64,000 bases of DNA from a virus: UHGV virus genome UHGV-0211472. One strand, written 5' to 3'. The notes beneath the pieces are model-generated. The model was not told the origin of the DNA, ran no database searches, and was given only the letters and a program-made list of their open reading frames with translations. Shown here piece by piece: positions 19,930 to 28,840 of this stretch (its first letter is position 1; every line of letters starts with the position of its first letter). Made by a program: the position numbers and the translations under genes.

Positions 19930-20667
19930 TTAAGCTTTCTTTTCCATTGCTTTAACAATCGCCTTACAGAAACCAGAACGAACAATGTCATCCGATTCGC
20001 CGTCTACAATCTCAGCAAACTCATACAGATCGTGTTCATCAATAAAGTTAGTAGCCCAAGTTAGACCACTCTCGCGACCACGCATATCATGCTGGTTTGT
20101 ATCACCCATGCAGAACAATTGAGAGGTTTCTCCCAATCGAGTCATGATAGAGAAGGCTTCATCTTTAGTGGTGTTCTGGAACTCATCCACGATAACAATG
20201 GCATCATTGAAGGAACGACCACGGAGATATTCCAGAGGTACAAATTCAATGTTACCATTTCCGATCTGGCATTCATAGAATCCCTTACCATATCGCTGAG
20301 TGATAACATCAATGATAGGCATCAGGTAAGGTTCAAATTTCTCACGCATTCCTCCCGGAAGTAATCCAAGAGAATTACCCATACCAACTGAAGGACGACT
20401 AAGAATGATCTTTTGAATCTTACCGCTCTTCAGTGCATCGATAACTGTGGAGGTAATTACAAAGGTCTTACCACAGCCCGCAGGAGCGTCTGTGAACACA
20501 ACTTGCTTAGTCTTGATAGCATTGAGTAGCTCAGACTGAAACTGGTTCTGAGGGACTACAGGCTTTGCTAAAACCACCTCTTCATACTCTCGCTTACCCT
20601 TACGAGTAACGAGTGCTTCCCGACGAAGGTCTTTCCGTGATTCTTTCCGTGATTGACGACGACTCAT
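19930..20667 (-). CDS. phoH: PhoH-like ATPase
   Basis: Walker A DAPAGCGKTFV and overall PhoH-like layout. Confidence 0.8.
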   Translation of the reverse strand: MSRRQSRKESRKDLRREALVTRKGKREYEEVVLAKPVVPQNQFQSELLNAIKTKQVVFTDAPAGCGKTFVITSTVIDALKSGKIQKIILSRPSVGMGNSLGLLPGGMREKFEPYLMPIIDVITQRYGKGFYECQIGNGNIEFVPLEYLRGRSFNDAIVIVDEFQNTTKDEAFSIMTRLGETSQLFCMGDTNQHDMRGRESGLTWATNFIDEHDLYEFAEIVDGESDDIVRSGFCKAIVKAMEKKA

Positions 20668-20849
20668 TTACGCTCTCCAATTTCTTCGTAATGACACTCA
20701 GTAGTTAAGCAGTCTTTACAGATTGCTGTATAAACCCTGACGTTAGTAAATCGTTTGTTCTTCCCTTTGGTTGGAGAGTCTTTGGCAAGCTCTCTGATAA
20801 CCTTGTTACTTAAATGAAGGTTTGTTCCTTCACATCTAGAGCACTTCAT
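20664..20849 (-). CDS. small zinc-ribbon protein (61 aa)
   Basis: CxxC ... CxxC arrangement (MKCSRCEG ... CKDCLTTEC). Confidence 0.4.
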   Translation of the reverse strand: MKCSRCEGTNLHLSNKVIRELAKDSPTKGKNKRFTNVRVYTAICKDCLTTECHYEEIGERK

Positions 20850-21165
20850 GGTTCATATCTTTATGAATCCTGTAAACAGCTGTCGCCATACAAGCAACAG
20901 CCTCATTGTGTGGGAGGTGCATCCCTGTAGAACCATCCCAATCTTTGAACTCATTGTCAAAGACTCCAGTAGGTTCTGGATACAGAGCTTGCAGCTCAAC
21001 CAAATCATTAGCAACTTGTTGCCATTTATCATCAGACCAGATAGGGTCATCCAACCAGTAATACAAATAGGAATGGATGATCAATTGCCTTCTGTGCCGA
21101 TTAATTATTTCAGCGGGACTTATCTCACTTCCGTTTGAAGTCCTAAATGTATTACTGTCAATCAT
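20836..21165 (-). CDS. hypothetical protein (109 aa)
   Basis: ORF in metabolism block. Confidence 0.45.
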   Translation of the reverse strand: MIDSNTFRTSNGSEISPAEIINRHRRQLIIHSYLYYWLDDPIWSDDKWQQVANDLVELQALYPEPTGVFDNEFKDWDGSTGMHLPHNEAVACMATAVYRIHKDMNHEVL

Positions 21166-21167
21166 GA

Positions 21168-21824
21168 TTACTTATTCCAAGTAGTTGATAAGGCTTTCCA
21201 AGAGATTGGATAGAGCTTCTTCATCTCTTCATCAATAGTTTGTGCAAATAGTCGGACCTCATACTGAGCGTGTTCTGACAGACGTTGACGGCATACTTCT
21301 GACCAGCCATATAAGGAGCCAGTCCAGATCCACTCCGTCGTCATTCCCTGAGGTAGGACAAACCGAGCTTGCTCAGGGGCAATCAGGTCAATCAGTTTTT
21401 CATAATTACTAACAGCTACTTCATATGCCTCGTTAATCAGTGTGAGAGCTTCTGCACGGGCTTCGTCTTGTAATAGGATACCAGAACCTTTGTGAAGGTC
21501 TTCAGGTCGGGAGAAGATCTCTTGTGGAATGAATACATCAACGTCTCCATCTTTATATCGACGGCTCATCTCATTCCAGCTAAACCCCGTCTGATGTTTT
21601 CCTAGCTGGCGAGCAATAGCAATAGGTGCTACACATCGGAAGGTTACTTGTGGGTGCCTAAAAGGAGTCACATGTTTTTCACGAGCGAGGAAGTTGATGA
21701 GACGTTCATCACGTTCATTTAAATCACCTTCACGGGTTACTCCAAAGGATACACGAGCTGCATTTACTACAGTTTTATCCGAGCCTAAAAACTCTACCAG
21801 TTCTGCTTTAAGCTGATCATTCAT
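21168..21824 (-). CDS. ThyX-like (flavin-dependent thymidylate synthase family) protein with divergent active-site motif
   Basis: segment FRCVAPIAIARQLGKHQTGFSWNEMSRRY resembles the ThyX RHR...S..RY signature but reads KHQ with the Ser position shifted. Confidence 0.6.
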   Translation of the reverse strand: MNDQLKAELVEFLGSDKTVVNAARVSFGVTREGDLNERDERLINFLAREKHVTPFRHPQVTFRCVAPIAIARQLGKHQTGFSWNEMSRRYKDGDVDVFIPQEIFSRPEDLHKGSGILLQDEARAEALTLINEAYEVAVSNYEKLIDLIAPEQARFVLPQGMTTEWIWTGSLYGWSEVCRQRLSEHAQYEVRLFAQTIDEEMKKLYPISWKALSTTWNK

Positions 21825-21855
21825 TACTTTTTCTCTCCATCCATGAATTTCCTTA

Positions 21856-22065
21856 TTAATATTCTTTTACATAATAAACCACTAAGGTTCCCATCTCTGA
21901 CAATGTTGATTTATGTAAGCTTACTTTACTATAAATCTTTGGAGACATCTTAAGAGCCTTCTTAAAACGGCGAGCGTCTTTACGAGTAGCAAAGTGCTCT
22001 GTAACAGGTATAGCCGGGTCTTGGTAGAGGTAGTATACCACCGTCCAATATTTTTTCATAATCAA
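21856..22065 (-). CDS. hypothetical protein (69 aa)
   Basis: ORF. Confidence 0.4.
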   Translation of the reverse strand: MIMKKYWTVVYYLYQDPAIPVTEHFATRKDARRFKKALKMSPKIYSKVSLHKSTLSEMGTLVVYYVKEY

Positions 22066-22334
22066 ACACCTAGGGCAGTAGTTAAGAATGCTTTCAGGTT
22101 TGCTTCGGTTTGCATACCAGAGAGGCTGTAATGTGCACCACTGTTACGGTCAGGTACAACGAAAGCAGGGATGCTACGAACTCCGTACTTAACAGCTTGT
22201 TCACGACCATCACCTTCAAGGATGTTAATCTCTTCCACTTCTACATCGAACTCCTTAACAACCTTCTCAAAGATAGGAGCCATTGCTTTACATGGAGCAC
22301 ACTGATCACTATAAAACTTAATCACTTTAGACAT
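22062..22334 (-). CDS. thioredoxin/glutaredoxin-like redox protein
   Basis: CxxC active site YSDQCAPCKAM in a 90-aa thioredoxin-fold-sized protein. Confidence 0.65.
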   Translation of the reverse strand: MSKVIKFYSDQCAPCKAMAPIFEKVVKEFDVEVEEINILEGDGREQAVKYGVRSIPAFVVPDRNSGAHYSLSGMQTEANLKAFLTTALGV

Positions 22335-22342
22335 GTAAACCC

Positions 22343-22522
22343 TTATGCAGTCAGGAGGTGAAGCAGGAATGGGATAACAACAGCTACAATAACCATGATG
22401 GTTGATGCTGTTTGAAGCTCACCTTTCTTGTCAGGGGTTTCTTCAATAAGCTTACCAGAAGCCCAATAAACACCACCACCAATAAAGATAGCCCAAATAC
22501 CCCATACGATTGCTGATAACAT
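22343..22522 (-). CDS. small two-helix membrane protein (59 aa)
   Basis: not in ORF track; ATG preceded by AAGGA; MLSAIVWGIWAIFIGGGVYWASGKLIEETPDKKGELQTASTIMVIVAVVIPFLLHLLTA has two hydrophobic helices; preferred over overlapping track ORF 22384..22683. Confidence 0.35.
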   Translation of the reverse strand: MLSAIVWGIWAIFIGGGVYWASGKLIEETPDKKGELQTASTIMVIVAVVIPFLLHLLTA

Positions 22523-22582
22523 ATATCTATATCCTTATAAATAAGTTCGCCCCACCTCGGGTTAGGAGACAGGGCGTAGGTT

Positions 22583-23146
22583 TTAGTAAGACACATCACC
22601 ACTTGAATGGGACATGTTGCTCTTGACAAAGTAACAATACTTGCCAAGACCTTCATTAATTTCTTGAAGCATACTCTGATCAACTGGATAAGTAGCTAAA
22701 TCGCCATCAAACTCATCCATCTTCTCAATAATACACATCAAGGTCATGCACATATCAGAGAGCATACCATCCATGTCTAGATCAGCATTACCCTCTGAGA
22801 ACCAAGCATGAGAGAGGTAGTTAGCTGCTGTAGCATCCACTTTAACACAGTGGTAGCGCATACGTTCAGCAATACGATCTCCTACTTGTCGTGCGTAATC
22901 TTCCAGCTCGTCAAACATACCATGAACACCCTGAAACCCTGCACCAGAGACGTTCCAGTGGTAGTTCTTAGCTTTGATATGCAAGAGTTCCATGTTAGCT
23001 TGTAAGCAGCTCAGGATGTGTTCTAGGCTGTTTCCGCTAATCATGCCTTGCATCGTTTCAAGGCGAGAGATTGAAAGCTCAGACCGGTCTAACACACTAT
23101 AGCTGTCACGACCAATCTCAGGTAAATCAAAAACATTCTTATGCAT
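22583..23146 (-). CDS. Dps/ferritin-like protein
   Basis: NYHWNVSGAGFQGVHGMFDELEDYARQVGDRIAERM resembles the Dps HWNV.G..F..LH..FEE ferroxidase-site region; preferred start ATG at 23146 with GGAGAAA upstream (track ORF extends to 23203). Confidence 0.55.
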   Translation of the reverse strand: MHKNVFDLPEIGRDSYSVLDRSELSISRLETMQGMISGNSLEHILSCLQANMELLHIKAKNYHWNVSGAGFQGVHGMFDELEDYARQVGDRIAERMRYHCVKVDATAANYLSHAWFSEGNADLDMDGMLSDMCMTLMCIIEKMDEFDGDLATYPVDQSMLQEINEGLGKYCYFVKSNMSHSSGDVSY

Positions 23147-23468
23147 TTGGCTTTTCTCCATCAAGTTCAACTGAATTAGCAACGTTACGTTCCAGATTGT
23201 CAATTACCTGCTGGGTAATTACGATGCAGTTCTGTGGATCTACTGACTTAGAACGCCCCATTTCAGGGTCATACACCTTAACACGCTTAGCAGTTGAACC
23301 TGTAACCTGAAGAACCTTCAACAGATATCCCTGATTACCAATAGACCAAGCAACAACATCACGATTCTTGATAAAGCGACCAAGCATATCACGATGATAA
23401 AACTGTTGCATCACCTTGGATTTTGTAATCTCTTCAGTGGGCGGGGCCACTTTACTCAAATCTAACAT
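23139..23468 (-). CDS. hypothetical protein (109 aa)
   Basis: ORF. Confidence 0.45.
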   Translation of the reverse strand: MLDLSKVAPPTEEITKSKVMQQFYHRDMLGRFIKNRDVVAWSIGNQGYLLKVLQVTGSTAKRVKVYDPEMGRSKSVDPQNCIVITQQVIDNLERNVANSVELDGEKPNA

Positions 23469-23540
23469 AACTCTCTCCTGTAAAATACAAATTCTTATTG
23501 TACTCTATATACATTTGAGAGTTACCATATCTACTACCAA

Positions 23541-23768
23541 TTAGTAGTGTACTTTTCCACTGAGATAAACACGACCAGAGGAATATTCTCTGGCCTTATG
23601 GATGCTAACGCTCTTAGTTAAGTCCCCATGAAACATAGACTTTTTAAAATCTCGAGCCCGTTGACGAGTAGGTAATGAGGTCATAGTCGTACAACCAGAT
23701 GACCACTTAATCTTCACTAACCAGAACTTTTTCATAATGATATCACACACCTTTAGACGCAACCACAC
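23541..23768 (-). CDS. hypothetical protein (75 aa)
   Basis: ORF. Confidence 0.4.
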   Translation of the reverse strand: MWLRLKVCDIIMKKFWLVKIKWSSGCTTMTSLPTRQRARDFKKSMFHGDLTKSVSIHKAREYSSGRVYLSGKVHY

Positions 23769-24276
23769 CTTCAGAGTTATTATAACGACCCTTCACTGCA
23801 TAAGAATGCTCTCCTGCATGAGAGTGCTCAAACATAACCATCTGACCAACACGCATACCAGAACGGATTCTTAAGCTGTGATGTTTGGTCACATTATGAA
23901 ATTCAAACGTCAATTTACTGTTATTAAACCCCCCATCTGCCCACCCGGCGTGAAGATGGTTCAAACCACAACGAGCCATAGATGAACGAAGAACAAACAA
24001 GCTTGAGATGTTATCTGGAAGGTTAAACTCTTCCATAGAGTGAGCCAAGAAGAACTGACCCGGAGTAATAACCAAACCCTCTTCAGGAATCTTTACTTCC
24101 TTCCACTGAAGATTCTCTTTCGCATCAATATCAACGATGCCATCAGCCTGTTCTTCAACAAGGATAGTATCACCAATACGGATATCCACACTAGCAGCGT
24201 TAACATACTTATGCTCCGCATCCAAATAGCCATTGTCAATTACATCGTGCAGTTCAACACTTCCTAGTAAACTCAT
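23743..24276 (-). CDS. dCTP deaminase / dUTPase-superfamily protein
   Basis: motif ASVDIRIGDTIL resembles the dCTP deaminase (A/N)SxDLRLG signature; 177 aa. Confidence 0.65.
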   Translation of the reverse strand: MSLLGSVELHDVIDNGYLDAEHKYVNAASVDIRIGDTILVEEQADGIVDIDAKENLQWKEVKIPEEGLVITPGQFFLAHSMEEFNLPDNISSLFVLRSSMARCGLNHLHAGWADGGFNNSKLTFEFHNVTKHHSLRIRSGMRVGQMVMFEHSHAGEHSYAVKGRYNNSEGVVASKGV

Positions 24277-24297
24277 TCTTATTCCTTAGTTATTTGT

Positions 24298-25599
24298 TCA
24301 CACTTCAAAAGAGAAACCGCGACCCGATTCATCGGCAAACCGAACTGTACGGGTTTGAGGTTCTAATACTTCAGGGTTGTTGGCAACAAATCTATCAGCG
24401 AGGCTATCTCCTAAATCCTCTATCACATCTTCATCAGTCCACACAGTCCTAACCGGTACATCAAAGTCACCAGCAACAAAACCCTGACCGGAGAATTGAC
24501 GTGCGCTGACAGTAAAGTCATTTGACCGACCACGAGAAGAACCAGTCATCCACCGCTCTGTAGAACCGTTCGTAATACCAAGAGCCTCTTCAAAAGATGT
24601 TCTAGGATCGGGGCTTTCACTTCGTGACTCTTGTGCTCGACGCATTTCAGGGACTGCAAACACCCCTTCCATTGTGTTGTGATGATTAGTCTCATCTTCC
24701 CGACCAAGTAGATCTCCACTTGTATTGGTTGTTAAGTTTGTCAACCCTTCAGACCAATACGCACTAATCTGACTAGATCCATGAACACTTGACATTAACT
24801 GGATTTCTTCATAAGGGATTCCAAAGAATCGACTCATGTCACGATTAACACAATACTGAGCACTTGTTGTATCCTCAACAAGAGCAACCTGACCCCATTC
24901 ATTGATCAGATGACTGACCGGTTGAGGTGTGGGAAGATATCGAGATTGTGCCATATATTGGTATGCAACAGATGGAGCGGAGAATCTTAATACCTGTGAA
25001 TTAGGCCACTTCTTGTGAACATACTTGATTTCACGACCAGAAACAACTACTGGACAGGGGGAGGTCATAGCCAAATATCCATGAGGGGTCATGAATAGAT
25101 TGTCAAGAGTAATCGCACCACGGCACATCATAGGAAAGCTGTCCAACACCTCTTCAATAGAAGTAGGATAGTTAAACATGAATTGGATACGAACCCCACT
25201 CCACTGGAACTCAATAATATCGGTAAATGTTAACAGAGATCCTTCAGCGTAGGCTTCATTCGTAGCTTCAGCAAGAAGGGAAGAGTACTCAATATCTTGA
25301 GACTCGAGCCACTCTTTCACGTTACTTTCAACCTCTCGTCCGAGATCTTGCCACTGGTCATGGTGGATAAAGGTGTTTCGAGTTCTTGGGGCCTGTCCTC
25401 TGACAATAAAGATATCAATGTCATGAGGTGCTCTGTTATTAAGAACAGCATCACGAACAGCCCCACCAGTGATGATGGGACAAATACAGTCTGGAATCAA
25501 GTTGTTGTTAATCAGCTGTTCAATGAAGTGACGACCAACAGCGATATCAGGTTGTTGAGCAACCTTATCTGCAATTCGGTTAATCGGGATAACAATCAT
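24298..25599 (-). CDS. Pol-beta-superfamily nucleotidyltransferase with CCA-adding-enzyme-like head
   Basis: ITGGAVRDAVLNNRAPHDIDIFIV matches the GGxVRD...DxD head-domain motif of class II tRNA nucleotidyltransferases/poly(A) polymerases; preferred start ATG 25599 (one nt after the exonuclease stop); long Ser/Gly/Glu-rich C-terminal region. Confidence 0.6.
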   Translation of the reverse strand: MIVIPINRIADKVAQQPDIAVGRHFIEQLINNNLIPDCICPIITGGAVRDAVLNNRAPHDIDIFIVRGQAPRTRNTFIHHDQWQDLGREVESNVKEWLESQDIEYSSLLAEATNEAYAEGSLLTFTDIIEFQWSGVRIQFMFNYPTSIEEVLDSFPMMCRGAITLDNLFMTPHGYLAMTSPCPVVVSGREIKYVHKKWPNSQVLRFSAPSVAYQYMAQSRYLPTPQPVSHLINEWGQVALVEDTTSAQYCVNRDMSRFFGIPYEEIQLMSSVHGSSQISAYWSEGLTNLTTNTSGDLLGREDETNHHNTMEGVFAVPEMRRAQESRSESPDPRTSFEEALGITNGSTERWMTGSSRGRSNDFTVSARQFSGQGFVAGDFDVPVRTVWTDEDVIEDLGDSLADRFVANNPEVLEPQTRTVRFADESGRGFSFEV

Positions 25600-25600
25600 T

Positions 25601-26158
25601 TTACATTTTCCAATATAATGAAGGTGGGTCGTAAGGGTCAAATCCTGTGAGTTCACACAAGTATTTATAAACCTTAACAGTTAAATTAACGTCCTGTTCA
25701 CAATAAGTAAACATATCCTCAGTGAAAGCATCCCATGCTTCCTCTTGCTCACCGTAATCACCTTTAAGTTCCCCTAAGAACTCACCCCATTGCTTCAAGC
25801 CATGACCTCTTGGGCCATGTCTAGGGTCGCCTTTCGGGTACTCAGGACTGTCACCAATACGGTCAGGTTTAAGATATCGACTAAGACATAAAGTGTCAAA
25901 GACGTTAAAACGATAGTTAATCAGATTGGGATACATCTTCTTCAGAGCACAAAGGTCGAAGTCAATAATATTGTGACCCACGAGCACATCTGCTTCTGTA
26001 AGTTTATGAATCCCATCTTCAATTTGGTGAGGCCGATAGCCCCACCTTTCACCAGTTTCAACATCGAAAACATAAATACACCATACTTTGGTTATATCAT
26101 CGTATAGTGCATTACTCTCAATATCGAATGCAAACACTTTCTTCTTTTTCTTTACCAC
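25601..26158 (-). CDS. DnaQ-like 3'-5' exonuclease (stand-alone proofreading domain of family A polymerase type)
   Basis: Exo I FDIES, Exo II HNIIDFD, Exo III YCEQD motifs; GTG start overlapping the upstream stop. Confidence 0.7.
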   Translation of the reverse strand: MVKKKKKVFAFDIESNALYDDITKVWCIYVFDVETGERWGYRPHQIEDGIHKLTEADVLVGHNIIDFDLCALKKMYPNLINYRFNVFDTLCLSRYLKPDRIGDSPEYPKGDPRHGPRGHGLKQWGEFLGELKGDYGEQEEAWDAFTEDMFTYCEQDVNLTVKVYKYLCELTGFDPYDPPSLYWKM

Positions 26159-26712
26159 GGTGAAGCTCCATCTGCTTGGCTGACGAGAGAAGCTGCATCC
26201 TCTCCGTTAGTTAAAACGAATGGATTATCTTCATCAACTTCAAAGTCTTCCCTTTCTACAAGTCTACCGGTTTCACTGATATACTTAGTATAACAGACAC
26301 CTGTCTGACCGTAGTTACGTTCTTTCAGTAATCGAATGACTGAGAGGTTCTTAGCTAAGCCGTCAGCTTGCTTGTCACGCTCAAAGCCAATGATACACTG
26401 ACACCAACGCATAAGAGAACGAGAGCCAGTGAACTGTACTTCACGTACCTGTCCACCTTCTTCATGAGGAGCACCACCTGCCGGAGCATTAAGGTGAGAT
26501 AGCACGAAAGCGGTAAAGTCTAACTCTTTACACATACCAGCAAGCTCGGAAGCGATCTTACTGATTTCAGTGTTAATCTCTGAAGGTGTTAAATGAGATA
26601 CCAGAGCGGTAATGTTATCAAGGATGATAAATTTACACTGGTTTTCAACTACCCAGAAACGAATACACTGTTTAATGTCTTCCCATTCGTTTTGCAATAA
26701 TTCAATGAAGGA
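26152..26712 (-). CDS. primase-helicase, exon 2 (helicase C-terminal part)
   Basis: [33 protein letters not shown]... continues the T7-gp4-type helicase (H2 onward) in frame once the intron is removed; 5' boundary predicted. Confidence 0.65.
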   Translation of the reverse strand, partial: SFIELLQNEWEDIKQCIRFWVVENQCKFIILDNITALVSHLTPSEINTEISKIASELAGMCKELDFTAFVLSHLNAPAGGAPHEEGGQVREVQFTGSRSLMRWCQCIIGFERDKQADGLAKNLSVIRLLKERNYGQTGVCYTKYISETGRLVEREDFEVDEDNPFVLTNGEDAASLVSQADGASPW

Positions 26713-26947
26713 CGCAACTCCTTCACCCGTAGCATTATATCTACTGCCCGTGGTTTCCCACGGGATTGGACTATATCATCACTCCTATTAAGGAGGCTAG
26801 GCGCTTCCACTAGCATTAGCTTCTAGTGTACTCCTTTCGGATAGTCTCTGCACTTTCTAGGATGTATCCTAGCTTAGCTCAGGATTGGCATATCTTTCGA
26901 CTTAGCTTTCCCTGAATTCACCTAGTTTTACTTCGGCCATTGTGTTA
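26713..26947 (-). ncRNA. group I self-splicing intron (ORF-less) within primase-helicase gene
   Basis: no ORF; begins with in-frame UAA; P1 pairing of exon end ACUUCGGU with intron GGCCGAAGU (terminal U-G wobble); R-like GCAGAGACUA and S-like GAUAUAGUCC; P9-like hairpin CCCGUGG-GAAA-CCACGGG; terminal G; boundaries uncertain by a few nt. Confidence 0.65.
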
Positions 26948-28195
26948 ACCGAAGTTGTCATACAAGAAGAATTTGTCTGCATAACGAAGTGCTTCATTAC
27001 GCAAATCCTCTTCATCATATTCAACATCAGGTCGGTGGAAAGGAATTGATGCTGACTTACCAGCGATGTTCTTAACAGACATGCCTACCTTCTCTTCCAA
27101 GAAGAAGCCACCCCCATTAAAACCATGTTCTAAGCACAGATGAGCAACAAGTTCGTGAGCAATTAGTGTTTTACCACTACCTACACCACCACCGATGGCT
27201 ACCACCTCTCCCCATCGAATACCGAAGGTCATCTCATTCAGAGTCTTCCACGGGTAGGGGATACCCCACTCCGCTTTCTTCAGAGCATCATCAAGACAAT
27301 CAAAGATTGTTACAGCTCCGGCAGGAGATTCCCGCTTTGCTGAATACTTGAGAATGTTGAATAACTCTTGACCGCGACCAGACAGAAGCATGTCATTCGC
27401 ATCCTTAATCTCTTTCTCCACACCGTTGTATGGGAAAGTTCCTTTAGGAATACGAGCAAACTTAACATGAGGGAATAAAGAACGACCTTTTGTTAAAGCT
27501 ATCTCACCTGCATCATCGTTGTCCATGCAGAGCACAACCTCCTCAAAACCATTTACGAAGTCTCGGTTACGAGACAACACAGAAGAGATTGAACCTGCAC
27601 CGAACGGTAAAGAAACACAGGCTGGTTTAATGTTTGTTGCATTTGTAAAAGCTGTAAGGACATGGAAACCAGACATACAAGATAGCGGGTCTTCAAAAAT
27701 GAACAGCTTCTTGTTGTACACGTCTCCCCGTTGAGCTTGTGCCATACCAAATAAATCTGCTTCTTTCACACTGCCGACGTAATAAAACTTCTTACTATCT
27801 AGCAGTTTAACCTCATATCCGACAATGTTTCCATCACGTTCACGAGGAAAGAAGTAACTGTCTGGTGTCTGACCATCAGTTTGACTGAGACCAATACGAC
27901 ACTCAAAACGCTCTGATACAGCCTTGGGAATTAAACGGCGAGTAAGTTCACCCTGAGGGAGTTCTAAGCAATCATCTAAGACTTCTCTCAACTCTTCAGG
28001 GGATAACTCTTTCTTCTCATTTGGAGTAGGTGTAGTGCCCTTTTCGAACACTTCGTAATTCCCACAACGGTTACAACTTCCCCACTCCTCACCGGTCTCT
28101 TCGTTACGGAAGAGAATCATGTGGTTGTGGGTTTTATCACGACCATGAGAGATACATTCCTTACAACCTGTGTCTCCCAAAATGATCTTTGACAT
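26948..28195 (-). CDS. primase-helicase, exon 1 (zinc-binding primase, TOPRIM, helicase Walker A)
   Basis: N-terminal Cys4 zinc ribbon (CKECISHG...CNRCGNYE), TOPRIM-like acidic motifs, Walker A GGGVGSGKT, ends ...KFFLYDNFG like T7 gp4 ...FHLYDSFA. Confidence 0.8.
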
Positions 28196-28221
28196 GCTCT
28201 TCCTCCTTGGAATCCTTGAGC

Positions 28222-28425
28222 TTAGTAGAACGAACGGATTTCATCCCACACTTGTTCCTGTTCTTTCCTATAAAAAGAAAGTTGGGTCTTGAACATCTCC
28301 ACTGATGATTCAAAGTTTTTAGATTGTGCAGCTTCAACGAAACGTTCATGTCTGTTGATTTTGCACCGTAACATTAAATACTTGGCTTCAAGTCTCCGAA
28401 GAGCTTGTCTTTTCTCAAGATTCAC
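28222..28425 (-). CDS. hypothetical protein (67 aa)
   Basis: ORF; overlapping alternative 28161..28349 considered less likely. Confidence 0.35.
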   Translation of the reverse strand: MNLEKRQALRRLEAKYLMLRCKINRHERFVEAAQSKNFESSVEMFKTQLSFYRKEQEQVWDEIRSFY

Positions 28426-28840
28426 TTTTCAGATACTCTGACCAGTCACCAGATTCAACCAGAACATCTTGTTCTTCGTCAATATGGTAGATATAGCATT
28501 CAACAATTTCACCTGAATCCATCTTGACGTTGACCAGAGACCTGTTGTAGAAGCTATCTTCAGGGCTATGTTTGTTGTAACCTTCCAGTCGGTCATATGG
28601 ACCTTCCAGACCTGCTTTGTCAGTAGCAAACACTTCTACACGAACAGGCTTATTGTTATTGCTGTGTGCGAGAGAGATGCTCGGGAAGTAGGAACCACCG
28701 TAACGGAACAGATCGAAGTTATCTTCAGTCCAACCTTCACCGATTGACTTAGCACCAGCTCGGTCATTAACTAAATAGTTAGCTTGACCACTTCTCAAAG
28801 ACCCATAACATGCGACTAAAACTTTATTTTGTTCTGACAT
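28415..28840 (-). CDS. gamma-glutamyl cyclotransferase-like (AIG2/GGCT family) protein
   Basis: N-terminal VLVACYGSLRSGQ (YGSL motif) and downstream ...GPYDRLEGY... typical of AIG2/GGCT fold. Confidence 0.65.
   Translation of the reverse strand: MSEQNKVLVACYGSLRSGQANYLVNDRAGAKSIGEGWTEDNFDLFRYGGSYFPSISLAHSNNNKPVRVEVFATDKAGLEGPYDRLEGYNKHSPEDSFYNRSLVNVKMDSGEIVECYIYHIDEEQDVLVESGDWSEYLKSES

Noticed and set aside
22384-22683. ORF-track CDS of 99 aa
   Set aside because: Overlaps the 3' 100 nt of the Dps-like gene; a shorter RBS-supported ORF in another frame (22343..22522) fits the intergenic space without overlap.
26698-26947. Programmed frameshift or sequencing error joining the two primase-helicase ORFs
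   Set aside because: The halves are separated by about 235 nt of non-coding sequence with group I intron-like P1, P7 and P9 elements rather than by a single-nucleotide frame change, so an intron is the better explanation.
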